Shown: piece after piece, positions 21,794-36,700 of the stretch
Layout: each line of letters begins with the position of its first letter
Position numbering within the stretch: position 1 is the first letter of the stretch
Source: Dicyema japonicum
Taxonomy: Eukaryota; Animalia; Dicyemida
Direction of reading: 5' to 3'
NCBI GenBank assembly: GCA_011109175.1
Contig: RDEW01000026.1
Span: 575,695-639,694, forward strand
DNA: 64,000 nt
Translations under genes and position numbers: made by a program
The notes under the pieces: model-generated
What the model was told of the DNA's origin: nothing
Database searches by the model: none
Seen by the model: only the letters and a program-made list of their open reading frames with translations

Positions 21794-24700
21794 CTTGAGC
21801 TATTAAATATAATTGTTAAATCTGCGATTCGGGATAGACTGAAAAAGGGCAAAATAGGACACAATTTGAAAAAAATGGTGTCAATTTGAGCAGATAGAGA
21901 AATATGAGATTCGGGATTGACTGAAGAAGTACCAACATTATCCGTCTAAATTTGAGAATTGGTGATAATTTGAGCTATTACTTTTATATTGATTATCTGC
22001 ATTCGGGGTTGAGTAAAGAAGTACCAACATAATCGGACACAATTTTAAATTTGTCACTTTATGCATTAGTCAAATTTGAGATTCGGGATGACTGAAGGAG
22101 TACCAACATTATCAGACACAATTTGCGAATTAGTCTTAATTAGAGCTATTATATATCTAAGTGTAGTCCATTCGCGATTCGGGATCTACAGAAGAAATAC
22201 CAACGTTATTTAATAAATGTCAGATTAGAGTTTTTAAAATATTAACTGTATACATTTGAGATTGATTATCTGCATTCGGGATTGAGTAAAGAAGTACCAA
22301 CATAGGACACAATTTGAAAAAATTGTTGTCAATTTGACAGTTAGTCAAATTTGAGATTCGGGATTGACTGAAGGAGTACCAACATTTCAGACACAATTTG
22401 CGAATTAGTCTTATTAGGAGCTATTATATATCTAATTGTAGTCCATTCGCGATTCGGGATCTACAGAAGTAGTACCAACGTTATTTAATAAATGTCATAG
22501 ATTAGAGTTTTTAAATATTAACTGTATATATTTGAGATTGATAATCTGCATTCGGGATTGAGTAAAGAAGTACCAACATAGGACACAATTTGAAAAAATG
22601 GTGTCAATTTGAGCAGTTAGTCAAATTTGAGATTCGGGATTGACTGAAGAGTACCAACATTCTCAGACACAATTTGCGAATTAGTCTTAATTAGAGCTAT
22701 TATATATCTAATTGTAGTCCATTCGCGATTCGGGATCTACAGAAGTAATACCAACGTTATTTAATAAATGTCATAGATTAGAGTTTTAAAATATTAACTG
22801 TATACATTTGAGATTGATAATCTGCATTCGGATTGAGTAAAGAAGTACCAACATAGGACACAATTTGAAAAAATGGTGTCAATTTGAGCAGTTAGTCAAA
22901 TTTGAGATTCGGGATTGACTGAAGGAGTACCAACATTCTCAGACACAATTTGCGAATTAGTCTTAATTAGAGCTATTATATATCTAATTGTAGTCCATTC
23001 GCGATTCGGGATCTACAGAAGTAATACCAACGTTATTTAATAAATGTCATAGATTAGAGTTTTTAAAATATTAACTGTATACATTTGAGATTGATAATCT
23101 GCATTCGGATTGAGTAAAGAAGTACCAACATAGGACACAATTTGAAAAAATGGTGTCAATTTGATCAGTTAGTCAAATTTGAGATTCGAGAATGACTGAA
23201 GAGTACCACATTATCCGTCTAAATTTGAGAATTGGTGATAATTTGAGCTATTACTTTTATATTGATATCTGCATTCGGGGTTGAGTAAAGAAGTACCAAC
23301 ATAATCGGACACAATTTCCAAATTTGTCTCACTTTATGCATTAGTCAAATTTGAGATTCGAGAATGACTGAAGAAGTACCAACATTATCAGACACAATTT
23401 GCGAATTAGTCTTAATTAGAGCTATTATTTATCTAATTGTAGTCCATTCGCGATTCGGGATCTACAGAAGAAGTACCAACGTTATTTAAATAAATGTCAG
23501 ATTAGAGTTTTTAAAATATTAACTGTATACATTTGAGATTGATTATCTGCATTCGGGATTGAGTAAAGAAGTACCAACATAATCGGACACAATTTCCAAA
23601 TTTGTCTCACTTTATGCAATTAGTCAAATTTGAGATTCGGGATTGACTGAAGAAGTACCAACATTATCAGACACAATTTGCGAATTAGTCTTAATTAGAG
23701 CTATTATTAATCTAACTGTAGTCCATTTCGCGATTCGGGATCTTACAGAAGTAGTACCAACGTTATTTAATAAATGTCATAATTTGAGTTCTTAATTAGA
23801 GCTATTATATATCTAATTGTAGGTCCATTCGCGATCGGATCTACAGAAGTAATACCAACGTTATTAATAAATGTCATAGATTTGAGTTCTTAATTAGAGC
23901 TATTATATATCTAATGTAGTCCATTCGCGATTCGGGATCTACAGAAGTAATACCAACGTTATTTAATAAATGTCAAAGATTTGAGTTTTTAAAATATTAA
24001 CTGTATACATTTGAGATTGATAATCTGCATTCGCGGATTGAGTAAAGAAGTACCAAAATAGGACACAATTTGAAAAAATGGTGTCAATTGATCAGTTAGT
24101 CAAATTTGAGATTCGAGAATGACTGAAGAAGTACCAACATTAGTCCGTCTAAATTTGAGAATTGGTGATAATTTGAGCTATTACTTTTATATTGATTATC
24201 TGCATTCGGGATTGAGTAAAGAAGTACCAAAATAATCGGATACAATTTCCAAATTTGTCTCACTTTATGCATTAGTCAAATTTTGAGATTCGAGATTGAC
24301 TGAAGAAGTACCAACATTATCAGACACAATTTGCGAATTAGTCTTAATTAGAGCTATTATATATCTAATTGTAGTCCATTCGCGATTCGGGATCTACAGA
24401 AGAAGTACCAACGTTATTTAATAAATGTCAGATTAGAGTTTTTAAAATATTAACTGTATACATTTGAGATTGATTATCTGCATTCGGATTGAGTAAAGAA
24501 GTACCCAACATAGGACACAATTTGAAAAAATGGTGTCAATTTGATCAGTTAGTCAAATTTGAGATTCGGGATTGACTGAAGGAGTACCAACATTCTCAGA
24601 CACAATTTGCGAATTAGTCTTAATTAGAGCTATTATATATCTAATTGTAGTCCATTCGCGATTCGGGATCTACAGAAGTAGTACCAACGTTATTTAATAA

Positions 24701-27700
24701 ATGTCAGATTAGAGTTTTTAAAAAATTAACTGTATACATTTGAGATTGATTATCTGCATTCGGATTGAGTAAAGAAGTACCAAATAATAGGAAACAATTT
24801 CCAAATTTGTTGTCATTATGCATTAGTCAAATTTGAGATTCGGGATTGACTGAAGAGTACCAACATTCTCAGACACAATTTTGCGAATTAGTCTTAATTA
24901 GAGCTATTATATATCTAATTGTAGTCCATTCGCGATTCGGGATCTACAGAAGTAGTACCAACGTTATTTAATAAATGTCAGATTAGAGTTTTTAAAATAT
25001 TAACTGTATACATTTGAGATTGATAATCTGCATTCGGGATTGAGTAAAGAAGTACCAAAATGTTCGGATACAATTTCCAAATTTGTCTCACTTTATGCAA
25101 TTAGTCAAATTTGAGATTCGGGATTGACTGAAGAAGTACCAACATTATCAGACACAATTTGCGAATTAGTCTTAATTAGAGCTATTATTTATCTAATTGT
25201 AGTCCAGTCGCGATTCGGGAAAAACAGAAGTAATACCTACGTTATTTAATAAATGTCATAGATTTGAGTTTCTTAATTAGAGCTATTATATATCTAATTG
25301 TAGTCCATTCGCGATTCGGGATCTACAGAAGTAATACCAACGTTATTTAATAAATGTCATAGATTAGAGTTCTTAATTAGAGCTATTATATATCTAATTG
25401 TAGTCCATTCGCGATTCGGGATCTACAGAAGTAATACCAACGTTATTTAATAAATGTCATTAGATTGAGTTTTTAAAATATTAACTGTATACATTTGAGA
25501 TTGATAATCTGCATTCGGATTGAGTAAAGAAGTACCAACATAGGACACAATTTGAAAAAATGGTGTCAATTTGATCAGTTAGTCAAATTTGAGATTCGAG
25601 AATGACTGAAGAGTACCAACATTATCAGACACAATTTGCGAATTAGTCTTAATTAGAGCTATTATATATCTAATTGTAGTCCATTCGCGATTCGGGATCT
25701 ACAGAAGTAGTACCAACGTTATTTGATAAATGTCAGATTAGAGTTTTTAAAATATTAACTGTATACATTTGAGATTGATTATCTGCATTCGAGCATTGAG
25801 TAAAGAAGTACCAAAATAATCGGAAACAATTTCCAAATTTGTCTCACTTTATGCAATTAGTCAAATTTGAGATTCGGGATTGACTGAAGAAGTACCAACA
25901 TTATCAGACACAATTTGCGAATTAGTCTTAATTAGAGCTATTATATATCTAATTGTAGTCCATTCGCGATTCGGGATCTACAGAAGTAGTACCAACGTTA
26001 TTTAATAAATGTCATAGATTTGAGTTCTTAATTAGAGCTATTATTTATCTAATTGTAGTCCATTCGCGATTCGGGATCTACAGAAGTAATACCAACGTTA
26101 TTTAATAAATGTCATAGATTAGAGTTTTTAAAATATTAACTGTATACATTTGAGATTGATTATCTGCATTCGGGATTGAGTAAAGAAGTACCAACATAGG
26201 ACACAATTTGAAAAAAATGGTGTCAATTTTGATCAGTTAGTCAAATTTGAGATTCGAGAATGACTGAAGAAGTACCAACATTATCAGACACAATTTGCGA
26301 ATTAGTCTTAATTAGAGCTATTATATATCTAATTGTAGTCCATTCGCGATTCGGGATCTACAGAAGTAGTACCAACGTTATTTAATAAATGTCAGATTAG
26401 AGTTTTTAAAATATTAACTGTATACATTTGAGATTGATTATCTGCATTCGGGATTGAGAAGAAGTACCAAAATAATCGGATACAATTTCCAAATTTGTCT
26501 CACTTTATGCAATTAGTCAAATTTGAGATTCGGGAATGACTGAAGAAGTACCAACATTATCAGACAACAATTTGCGAATTAGTCTTAATTAGAGCTATTA
26601 TATATCTAATTGTAGTCCATTCGCGATTCGGGATCTACAGAAGTAGTACCAACGTTATTTAATAAATGTCATAGATTTGAGTTCTTAATTAGAGCTATTA
26701 TATATCTAATTGTAGTCCATTCGCGATTCGGGATCTACAGAAGTAATACCAACGTTATTTAAATAAATGTCATAGATTTGAGTTCTTAATTAGAGCTATT
26801 ATATATCTAATTGTAGTCCATTCGCGATTCGGGATCTACAGAAGTAGTACCAACGTTATTTAATAAATGTCAGATTAGAGTTTTTAAAATATTAACTGTA
26901 TACATTTGAGATTGATTATCTGCATTCGGGATTGAGTAAAGAAGTACCAAATAATCGATACAATATCCAAATTTGTCTCACTTTATGCAATTAGTCAAAT
27001 TTGAGATTCGGGAATGACTGAAGAAGTACCAACATTTCAGACACAAATTGCGAATTAGTCTTAATTAGAGCTATTATATATCTAATTGTAGTCCATTCGC
27101 GATTCGGGATATACAGAAGTAGTACCTACGTTATTTAATAAATGTCATAGTTTAGAGTTTTTAAATATTAACTGTATACATTTGAGATTGATTATCTGCA
27201 TTCGGGATTGAGTAAAGAAGTACCAACATAGGACACAATTTGAAAAAATGGTGTCAATTTGATCAGTTAGTCAAATTTGAGATTCGGGATTGACTGAAGG
27301 AGTACCAACATTCTCAGACACAATTTGCGAATTAGTCTTAATTAGAGCTATTATTTATCTAATTGTAGTCCATTCGCGATTCGGGATCTACAGAAGTAAT
27401 ACCAACGTTATTTAATAAATGTCATAGATTAGAGTTTTTAAAATATTAACTGTATACATTTGAGATTGATTATCTGCATTCGGGATTGAGTAAAGAAGTA
27501 CCAACATAGGACACAATTTGAAAAAATGGTGTCAATTTGATCAGTTAGTCAAATTTGAGATTCGGGATTGACTGAAGAAGTACCAACATTATCCGTCTAA
27601 ATTTGAGAATTGGTGATAATTTGAGCTATTACTTTTATATTGATTATCTGCATTCGGGGTTGAGTAAAGAAGTACCAACATAATCGGACACAATTTCCAA

Positions 27701-30700
27701 ATTTGTCTCACTTTATGCATTAGTCAAATTTGAGATTCGAGAATGACTGAAGAAGTACCAACATTATCAGACACAATTTGCGAATTAGTCTTAATTAGAG
27801 CTATTATATATCTAATTGTAGTCCATTCGCGATTCGGGATCTACAGAAGTAGTACCAACGTTATTTAATAAATGTCAGATTAGAGTTTTTAAAATATTAA
27901 CTGTATACATTTGAGATGATTATCTGCATTCGGGATTGAGTAAAGAAGTACCAAAATAATCGGAAACAATTTCCAAATTTGTCTCACTTTATGCAATTAG
28001 TCAAATTTGAGATTCGGGATTGACTGAAGAAGTACCAACATTATCAGACACAATTTGCGAATTAGTCTTAATTAGAGCTATTATTAATCTAAGTGTAGTC
28101 CATTCGCGATTCGGGATCTACAGAAGTAGTACCAACGTTTTTAAATGTCATAGATTTGAGTTCTTAATTAGAGCTATTATATATCTAATTGTAGTCCATT
28201 CGCGATTCGGGATCTACAGAAGTAGTACCAACGTTATTTAATAAATGTCATAGATTTGAGTTCTTAATTAGAGCTATTATATATCTAATTGTAGTCCATT
28301 CGCGATTCGGGATCTACAGAAGTAATACCAACGTTATTTAATAAATGTCATAGATTAGAGTTTTTAAAATATTAACTGTATACATTTGAGATTGATAATC
28401 TGCATTCGGGATTGAGTAAAGAAGTACCAACATAGGACACAATTTGAAAAAATGGTGTCAATTTGAACAGTTAGTCAAATTTGAGATTCGGGATTGACTG
28501 AAGGAGTACCAACATTTCAGACACAATTTGCGAATTAGTCTTAATTAGAGCTATTATATATCTAATTGTAGTCCATTCGCGATTCGGGAACAACAGATGT
28601 AGTACCAACGTTATTTAATAAATGTCATAGATTAGATTTTTAAAATATTAACTGTATACATTTGAGATTGATAATCTGCATTCGGGATTGAGTAAAGAAG
28701 TACCAAATAATCGGATACAATTTCCAAATTTGTCTCACTTTATGCAATTAGTCAAATTTGAGATTCGGGATTGACTGAAGGAGTACCAACATTCTCAGAC
28801 ACAATTTGCGAATTAGTCTTAATTAGAGCTATTATTAATCTAAGTGTAGTCCATTCGCGATTCGGGATCTACAGAAGTAGTACCAACGTTATTTAATAAT
28901 GTCATAGATTTGAGTTCTTAATTAGAGCTATTATATATCTTTATTGTAGTCCATTCGCGATTCATGATCTACAGAAGTAATACCAACGTTATTTAATAAA
29001 TGTCATAGATTTGAGTTCTTAATTAGAGCTATTATATATCTAATTGTAGTCCATTCGCGATTCGGGATCTACAGAAGTAATACCAACGTTATTTAATAAA
29101 TGTCATAGATTAGAGTTTTTAAAATATTAACTGTATACATTTGAGATTGATAATCTGCATTCGGGATTGAGTAAAGAAGTACCAACATAGGACACAATTT
29201 GAAAAAATGGTGTCAATTTGACAGTTAGTCAAATTAGAGATTCGGGATTGACTGAAGGAGTACCAACATTTCAGATACAATTTGCGAATTAGTCTTAATT
29301 AGAGCTATTATATATCTAATTGTAGTCCATTCGCGATTCGGGATCTACAGAAGTAATACCAACGTTATTTAATAAATGTCATAGATTAGAGTTTTTAAAA
29401 TATTAACTGTATACATTTGAGATTGATAATCTGCATTCGGATTGAGTAAAGAAGTACCAACATAGGACACAATTTGAAAAAATGGTGTCAATTTGATCAG
29501 TTAGTCAAATTTGAGATTCGGGATTGACTGAAGGAGTACCAACATTCTCAGACACAATTGCGAATTAGTCTTAATTAGAGCTATTATATATCTAATTGTA
29601 GTCCATTCGCGATTCGGGATCTACAGAAGAAGTACCAACGTTATTTAATAAATGTCAGATTAGAGTTTTTAAAATATTAACTGTATACATTTGAGATTGA
29701 TTATCTGCATTCGGATTGAGTAAAGAAGTACCAAAATAATCGGATACAATTTCCAAATTTGTCTCACTTTATGCATTAGTCAAATTTGAGATTCGGATTG
29801 ACTAAAGAAGTACCACATTATCAGACACAATTGCGAATTAGTCTTAATTAAGCTATTATTAATCTAAGTGTATTCCATTCGCGATTCGGGATCTACAGAA
29901 AGTACCACGTTATTTAATAAATGCGATTAGTTTTAATTAGAGCTATTATATATCTAATTGTAGTCCATTCGCGATTCAAGATCTACAGAAGTAGTACCAA
30001 CGTTATTTAATAAATGTCATAGATTAGAGTTTTTAAAATATTAACTGTATACATTTGAGATTGATTATCTGCATTCGGGATTGAGTAAAGAAGTACCAAC
30101 ATTGGACACAATTTGAAAAAATGGCGTCAATTTGACAGTTAGTCAAATTTGAGATTCGGATTGACTGAAGAAGTACCAACATTATCAGACACAATTTGCG
30201 AATTAGTTTTAATTAGAGCTTTTATATATCTAAGTGAAGTCCATTTGCGATTCAAGATCTACAGAAGTAGTACCAACGTTATTTAATAAATGTCATAGAT
30301 TAGAGTTTTTAAAATATTAACTGTATACATTTGAGATTGATTATCTCCATTCGGATTGAGTAAAGAAGTACCAACATAGAACACAATTTGAAAAATGTGT
30401 TAATTAGAGCAGTTAGTCACATTTGAGATTCGGGATTGACTGAAGAGTACCAACATTATTAGACACAATTTGTGAATTAGTCCTAATTAGAGTTATTATA
30501 TATCTAATTGTAGTCCATTCGCGATTCGGAATCTACAGAAGTAAGTACCAACGTTATTTAATAAATGTCAGATTAGAGTTTTTAAAATATTAACTGTATT
30601 CATTTGAGATTGATTATCTGCATTCGGGATTGAGTAAAGATGTACCAACATTGGACACAATTTCCAAATTTGTCTCACTTTAATGCATTAGTCAAATTTG

Positions 30701-33700
30701 AGATTCGGGATTGACTGAAGAAGTACCAACATTATCAGACACAATTTGCGAATTAGTCTTAATTAGAGCTATTATATATCTAAGTGTAGTCCATTCGCGA
30801 TTCGGGATCTACAGAAGTAAGTACCAACGTTATTTAATAAATGTCATAGATTAGAGTTTTTAAAATATTAACTGTATACATTTGAGATTGATTATCTGCA
30901 TTCGGGATTGAGTAAAGAAGTACCAACATAGGACACAATTTGAAAAATGGTGTCAATTTGATCAGTTAGTCAAATTTGAGATTCGAGAATTGACTGAAGA
31001 AGTACCAACATTATCAGACACAATTTGCGAATTAGTCTTAATTAGAGCTATTATATATCTAATTGTAGTCCATTCGCGATTCGGGATCTACAGAAGTAGT
31101 ACCAACGTTATTTAATAAATGTCATAGATTTGAGTTTTTAAAATATTAACTGTATACATTTGAGATTGATAATCTGCATTCGGGATTGAGTAAAGAAGTA
31201 CCAACATATCGGACACAATTTCCAAATGGTGTCACTTTATGCATTAGTCAAATTTGAGATTCGGGATTGACTGAAGAAGTACCAACATTATCAGACACAA
31301 TTTGCGAATTAGTCTTAATTAGAGCTATTATATATCTAATTGTAGTCCATTCGCGATTCGGGATCTACAGAAGTAGTACAAACGTTATTTAATAAATGTG
31401 ATAGATTTGAGTTCTTAATTAGAGCTATTATATATCTAATTGTAGTCCATTCGCGATTCGGGATCTACAGAAGTAGTACCAACGTTATTTAATAAATGTG
31501 ATAGATTTGAGTTCTTAATTAGAGCTATTATATATCTAATTGTAGTCCATTCGCGATTCGGGATCTACAGAAGAATACCAACGTTATTTAATAAATGTCA
31601 TAGATATAGATTTTTAAAATATTAACTGTATACATTTGAGATTGATAATCTGCATTCGGGATTGAGTAAAGAAGTACCAACATAGGAACAATTTGAAAAA
31701 TGGTGTCAATTTGAACAGTTAGTCAAATTGAGATTCGAGAATGACTGAAGAAGTACCAACATTTCAGACACAATTTGCGAATTAGTCTTAATTAGAGCTA
31801 TTATATATCTAATTGTAGTCCATTCGCGATTCGGATCTACAGAAGTAATACCAACGTTATTTAATAAATGTCATAGATTAGAGTTTTTAAAATATTAACT
31901 GTATACATTTGAGATTGATAATCTGCATTCGGGATTGAGTAAAGAAGTACCAACATAGGACACAATTTGAAAAATGTGTCAATTTGAGCAGTTAGTCAAA
32001 TTTGAGATTCGGGATTGACTGAAGGAGTACCAACATTCTCAGACACAATTTGCGAATTAGTCTTAATTAGAGCTATTATATATCTAATTGTAGTCCATTC
32101 GCGATTCGGGATCTACAGAAGTAGTACCAACGTTATTTAATAAATGTCATAGATTAGAGTTTTTAAAATATTAACTGTATACATTTGAGATTGATTATTT
32201 GCATTCGGATTGAGTAAAGAATGACTGAAGAAGTACCAACATTATCAGACACAATTTGCGAATTAGTTTTAATTAGAGCTATTATTTATCTAATTGTAGT
32301 CCATTCGCGATTCAAGATCTACAGAAGTAGTACCAACGTTATTTAATAAATGTCATAGATTAGAGTTTTTAAAATATTAACTGTATACATTTGAGATGAT
32401 TATCTGCATTCGGGATTGAGTAAAGAAGTACCAACATAGGACACAATTTGAAAAAATCGTCATTTATCATTAGTCAAATTTGAGATTCGGATGACTGAAG
32501 AAGTACCAACATTATCAGACACAATTTGCGAATTAGTCTTAATTAGAGCTATTATATCTAATTGTAGTCCATTCGCGATTCGGGATCTACAGAAGTAGTA
32601 CCAACGTTATTTAATAAATGTCAGATTAGAGTTTTTAAAATATTAACTGTATACATTTGAGATTGATTATCTGCATTCGGGATTGAGTAAAGAAGTACCA
32701 AATAATCGGATACAATTTCCAAATTTGTCTCACTTTATGCAATTAGTCAAATTTGAGATTCGGGATTGACTGAAGGAGTACCAACATTCTCAGACACAAT
32801 TTGCGAATTAGTCTTAATTAGAGCTATTATATATCTAATTGTAGTCCATTCGCGATTCGGGAAAAACAGAAGTAGTACCAACGTTATTTAATAAATGTCA
32901 TAGATTAGATTTTTAATTTAACTATTATATATTTAATTGTAGTCCATTCGGCGATTCGGGATTACAGAAGAAGTACCAACGTTTTTAAAAATGTATAGAT
33001 TTGAAGTTCTTAATTAGAGCTATTATATATCTAATTGTAGTCCATTCGCGATTCGGGATCTACAGAAGTAATACCAACGTTATTTAATAAATGTCATAGA
33101 TTAGAGTTTTTAAAATATTAACTGTATACATTTGAGATTGATAATCTGCATTCGGGATTGAGTAAAGAAGTACCAACATAGGACACAATTTGAAAAATGG
33201 TGTCAATTTGAGCAGTTAGTCAAATTTGAGATTCGGGATTGACTGAAGAGTACCAACATTCTCAGACACAATTTGCGAATTAGTCTTAATTAGAGCTATT
33301 ATATCTAATTGTAGTCCTTTCGCGATTAGGGATCTACAGAAGTAATACCAACGTTATTTAATAAATGTCATAGATTAGAGTTTTTAAAATATTAACTGTA
33401 TACATTTGAGATTGATTATCTGCATTCGGGATTGAGTAAAGAAGTACCAACATAGGACACAATTTGAAAAAATGGTGTCAATTTGATCAGTTAGTCAAAT
33501 TTGAGATTCGGGATTGACTGAAGGAGTACCAACATTCTCAGACACAATTTGCGAATTAGTCTTAATTAGAGCTATTATTTATCTAAGTGTAGTCCTTTCG
33601 CGATTCGGGATCTACAGAAGTAAGTACCAACGTTATTTAATAAATGTCAGATTAGAGTTTTTTAAAATATTAACTGTATAAATTTGAGATTGATTAATCT

Positions 33701-36700
33701 GCATTCGGGATTGAGTAAAGAAGTACCAACATAAGGACACAATTTGAAAAAATGGTGTCAATTTGAGCAGTTAGTCAAATTTGAGATTCGGGATTGACTG
33801 AAGGAGTACCAACATTATCAGACACAATTTGCGAATTAGTCTTAATTAGAGCTATTATTTATCTAAGTGTAGTCCTTTCGCGATTCGGGATCTACAGAAG
33901 TAAGTACCAACGTTATTTAATAAATGTCATGATTAGAGTTTTTAAAATATTAACTGTATACATTTGAGATTGATATCTGCATTCGGGATTGAGTAAAGAA
34001 GTACCAACATAGGACACAATTTGAAAATGGTGTCAATTTGATCAGTTAGTCAAATTTGAGATTCGGGATTGACTGAAGGAGTACCAACATTCTCAGACAC
34101 AATTTGCGAATTAGTCTTAATTAGAGCTATTATATATCTAAGTGTAGTCCATTCGCGATTCGGGATCTACAGAAGAAGTACCAACGTTATTTAATAAATG
34201 TCAGATTAGAGTTTTTAAAATATTAACTGTATACATTTGAGATTGATTATCTGCATTCGGGATTGAGTAAAGAAGTACCAAATAATCGGAACAATTTCCA
34301 AATTTGTCTCACTTTATGCAATTAGTCAAATTTGAGATTCGAGATTGACTGAAGAAGTACCAACATTATCAGACACAATTTGCGAATTAGTCTTAATGTA
34401 GAGCTATTATTAATCTAATTGTAGTTCCATTCGCGATTCGGATCTACAGAATTAGTAGCAACATTTAATAAATGTCTAGATTTAGTCTTAATTAGAGCTA
34501 TTATATCTAATTGTAGTCCATTCGCGATTCGGGATCTACAGAAGTAGTACCAACGTTATTTAATAAATATGTCAGATTAGAGTTTTTAAAATATTAAACT
34601 GTATACATTTGAGATTGATTATCTGCATTCGGGATTGAGTAAAGAAGTACCAAATAATCGGACACAATTTCCAAATTTGTCTCATTTATGCAATTTAGTC
34701 AAATTTGAGATTCGGGATTGACTGAAGGAGTACCAACATTATCAGACACAATTTGCGAATTAGTCTTAATTAGAGCTATTATTATATCTAATTGTAGTCC
34801 ATTCGCGATTCGGGATCTACAGAAAGTACAAACGTTATTTAATAAATGTGATAGATTTGAGTTCTTAATTAGAGCTATTATATATCTAATTGTAGTCCAT
34901 TCGCGATTCGGGATCTACAGAAGTAGTACCAACGTTATTTAATAAATGTGATAGATTTGAGTTCTTAATTAGAGCTATTATATATCTAATTGTAGTCCAT
35001 TCGCGATTCGGGATCTACAGAAGTAGTACCAACGTTATTTAATAAATGTCAGATTAGAGTTTTAAATATTAACTGTATACATTTGAGATTGATATCTGCA
35101 TTCGGCATTGAGTAAAGAAGTACCAACATAGGACACAATTTAAAAATGTGTCAATTTGATCAGTTAGTCAAATTTGAGATTCGAGATTGACTGAAGAAGT
35201 ACCAACATTATCAGACACAATTTGCGAATTAGTCTTAATTAGAGCTATTATATATCTAATTGTAGTCCATTCGCGATTCGGGATCTACAGAAGAAGTACC
35301 AACGTTATTTAATAAATGTCAGATTAGAGTTTTTAAAATATTAACTGTATACATTTGAGATTGATTATCTGCATTCGGATTGAGTAAAGAAGTACCAACA
35401 TAGAACACAATTTGAAAATGGTGTCAATTTATCAGACACAATTTGCGAATTAGTCTTAATTAGAGCTATTATATATCTAATTGTAGTCCATTCGCGATTC
35501 GGGATCTACAGAAGAAGTACCAACGTTATTTAATAAATGTCAGATTAGAGTTTTTAAAATATTAACTGTATACATTTGAGATTGATTATCTGCATTCGGG
35601 GTTGAGTAAAGAAGTACCAACATAATCGGACACAATTTCCAAATTTGTCTCACTTTATGCATTAGTCAAATTTGAGATTCGAGAATGACTGAAGAAGTAC
35701 CAACATTATCAGACACAATTTGCGAATTAGTCTTAATTAGAGCTATTATATATCTAATTGTAGTCCATTCGCGATTCGGGATCTACAGAAGTACCAACGT
35801 TATTTAATAAATGTCAGATTAGAGTTTTTAAAATATTAACTGTATACATTTGAGATTGATATCTGCATTCGGGATTGAGTAAAGAAGTACCAACATAGGA
35901 CACAATTTGAAAAAATGGTGTCAATTTGATCAGTTAGTCAAATTTGAGATTCGGGATGACTGAAGGAGTACCAACATTATCAGACACAATTTGCGAATTA
36001 GTCTTAATTAGAGCTATTATTTATCTAAGTGTAGTCCATTCGCGATTCGGGATCTACAGAAGAAGTACCAACGTTATTTAATAAATGTCAGATTAGAGTT
36101 TTTAAAATATTAACTGTATACATTTGAGATTGATTATCTGCATTCGGATTGAGTAAAGAAGTACCAAATAATCGGAACAATTTCCAAATTTGTCTCACTT
36201 TATGCAATTAGTCAAATTTGAGATTCGGGATTGACTGAAGAGTACCAACATTATCAGACACAATTTGCGAATTAGTCTTAATTAGAGCTATTATTTATCT
36301 AATTGTAGTCCATTCGCGATTCGGGATCTACAGAAGTAATACCAACGTTATTTAATAAATGTCATAGATTTGAGTTCTTAATTAGAGCTATTATATATCT
36401 AATTGTAGTCCATTCGCGATTCGGGATCTACAGAAGTAATACCAACGTTATTTAATAAATGTCATAGATTTGAGTTCTTAATTAGAGCTATTATATATCT
36501 AATTGTAGTCCATTCGCGATTCGGGATCTACAGAAGTAAGTACCAACGTTATTTAATAAATGTCATAGATAGAGTTTTTAAAATATTAACTGTATACATT
36601 TGAGATTGATTATCTGCATTCGGGATTGAGTAAAGAAGTACCAACATAGGACACAATTTGAAAAAATGGTGTCAATTTGACAGTTAGTCAAATTTGAGAT

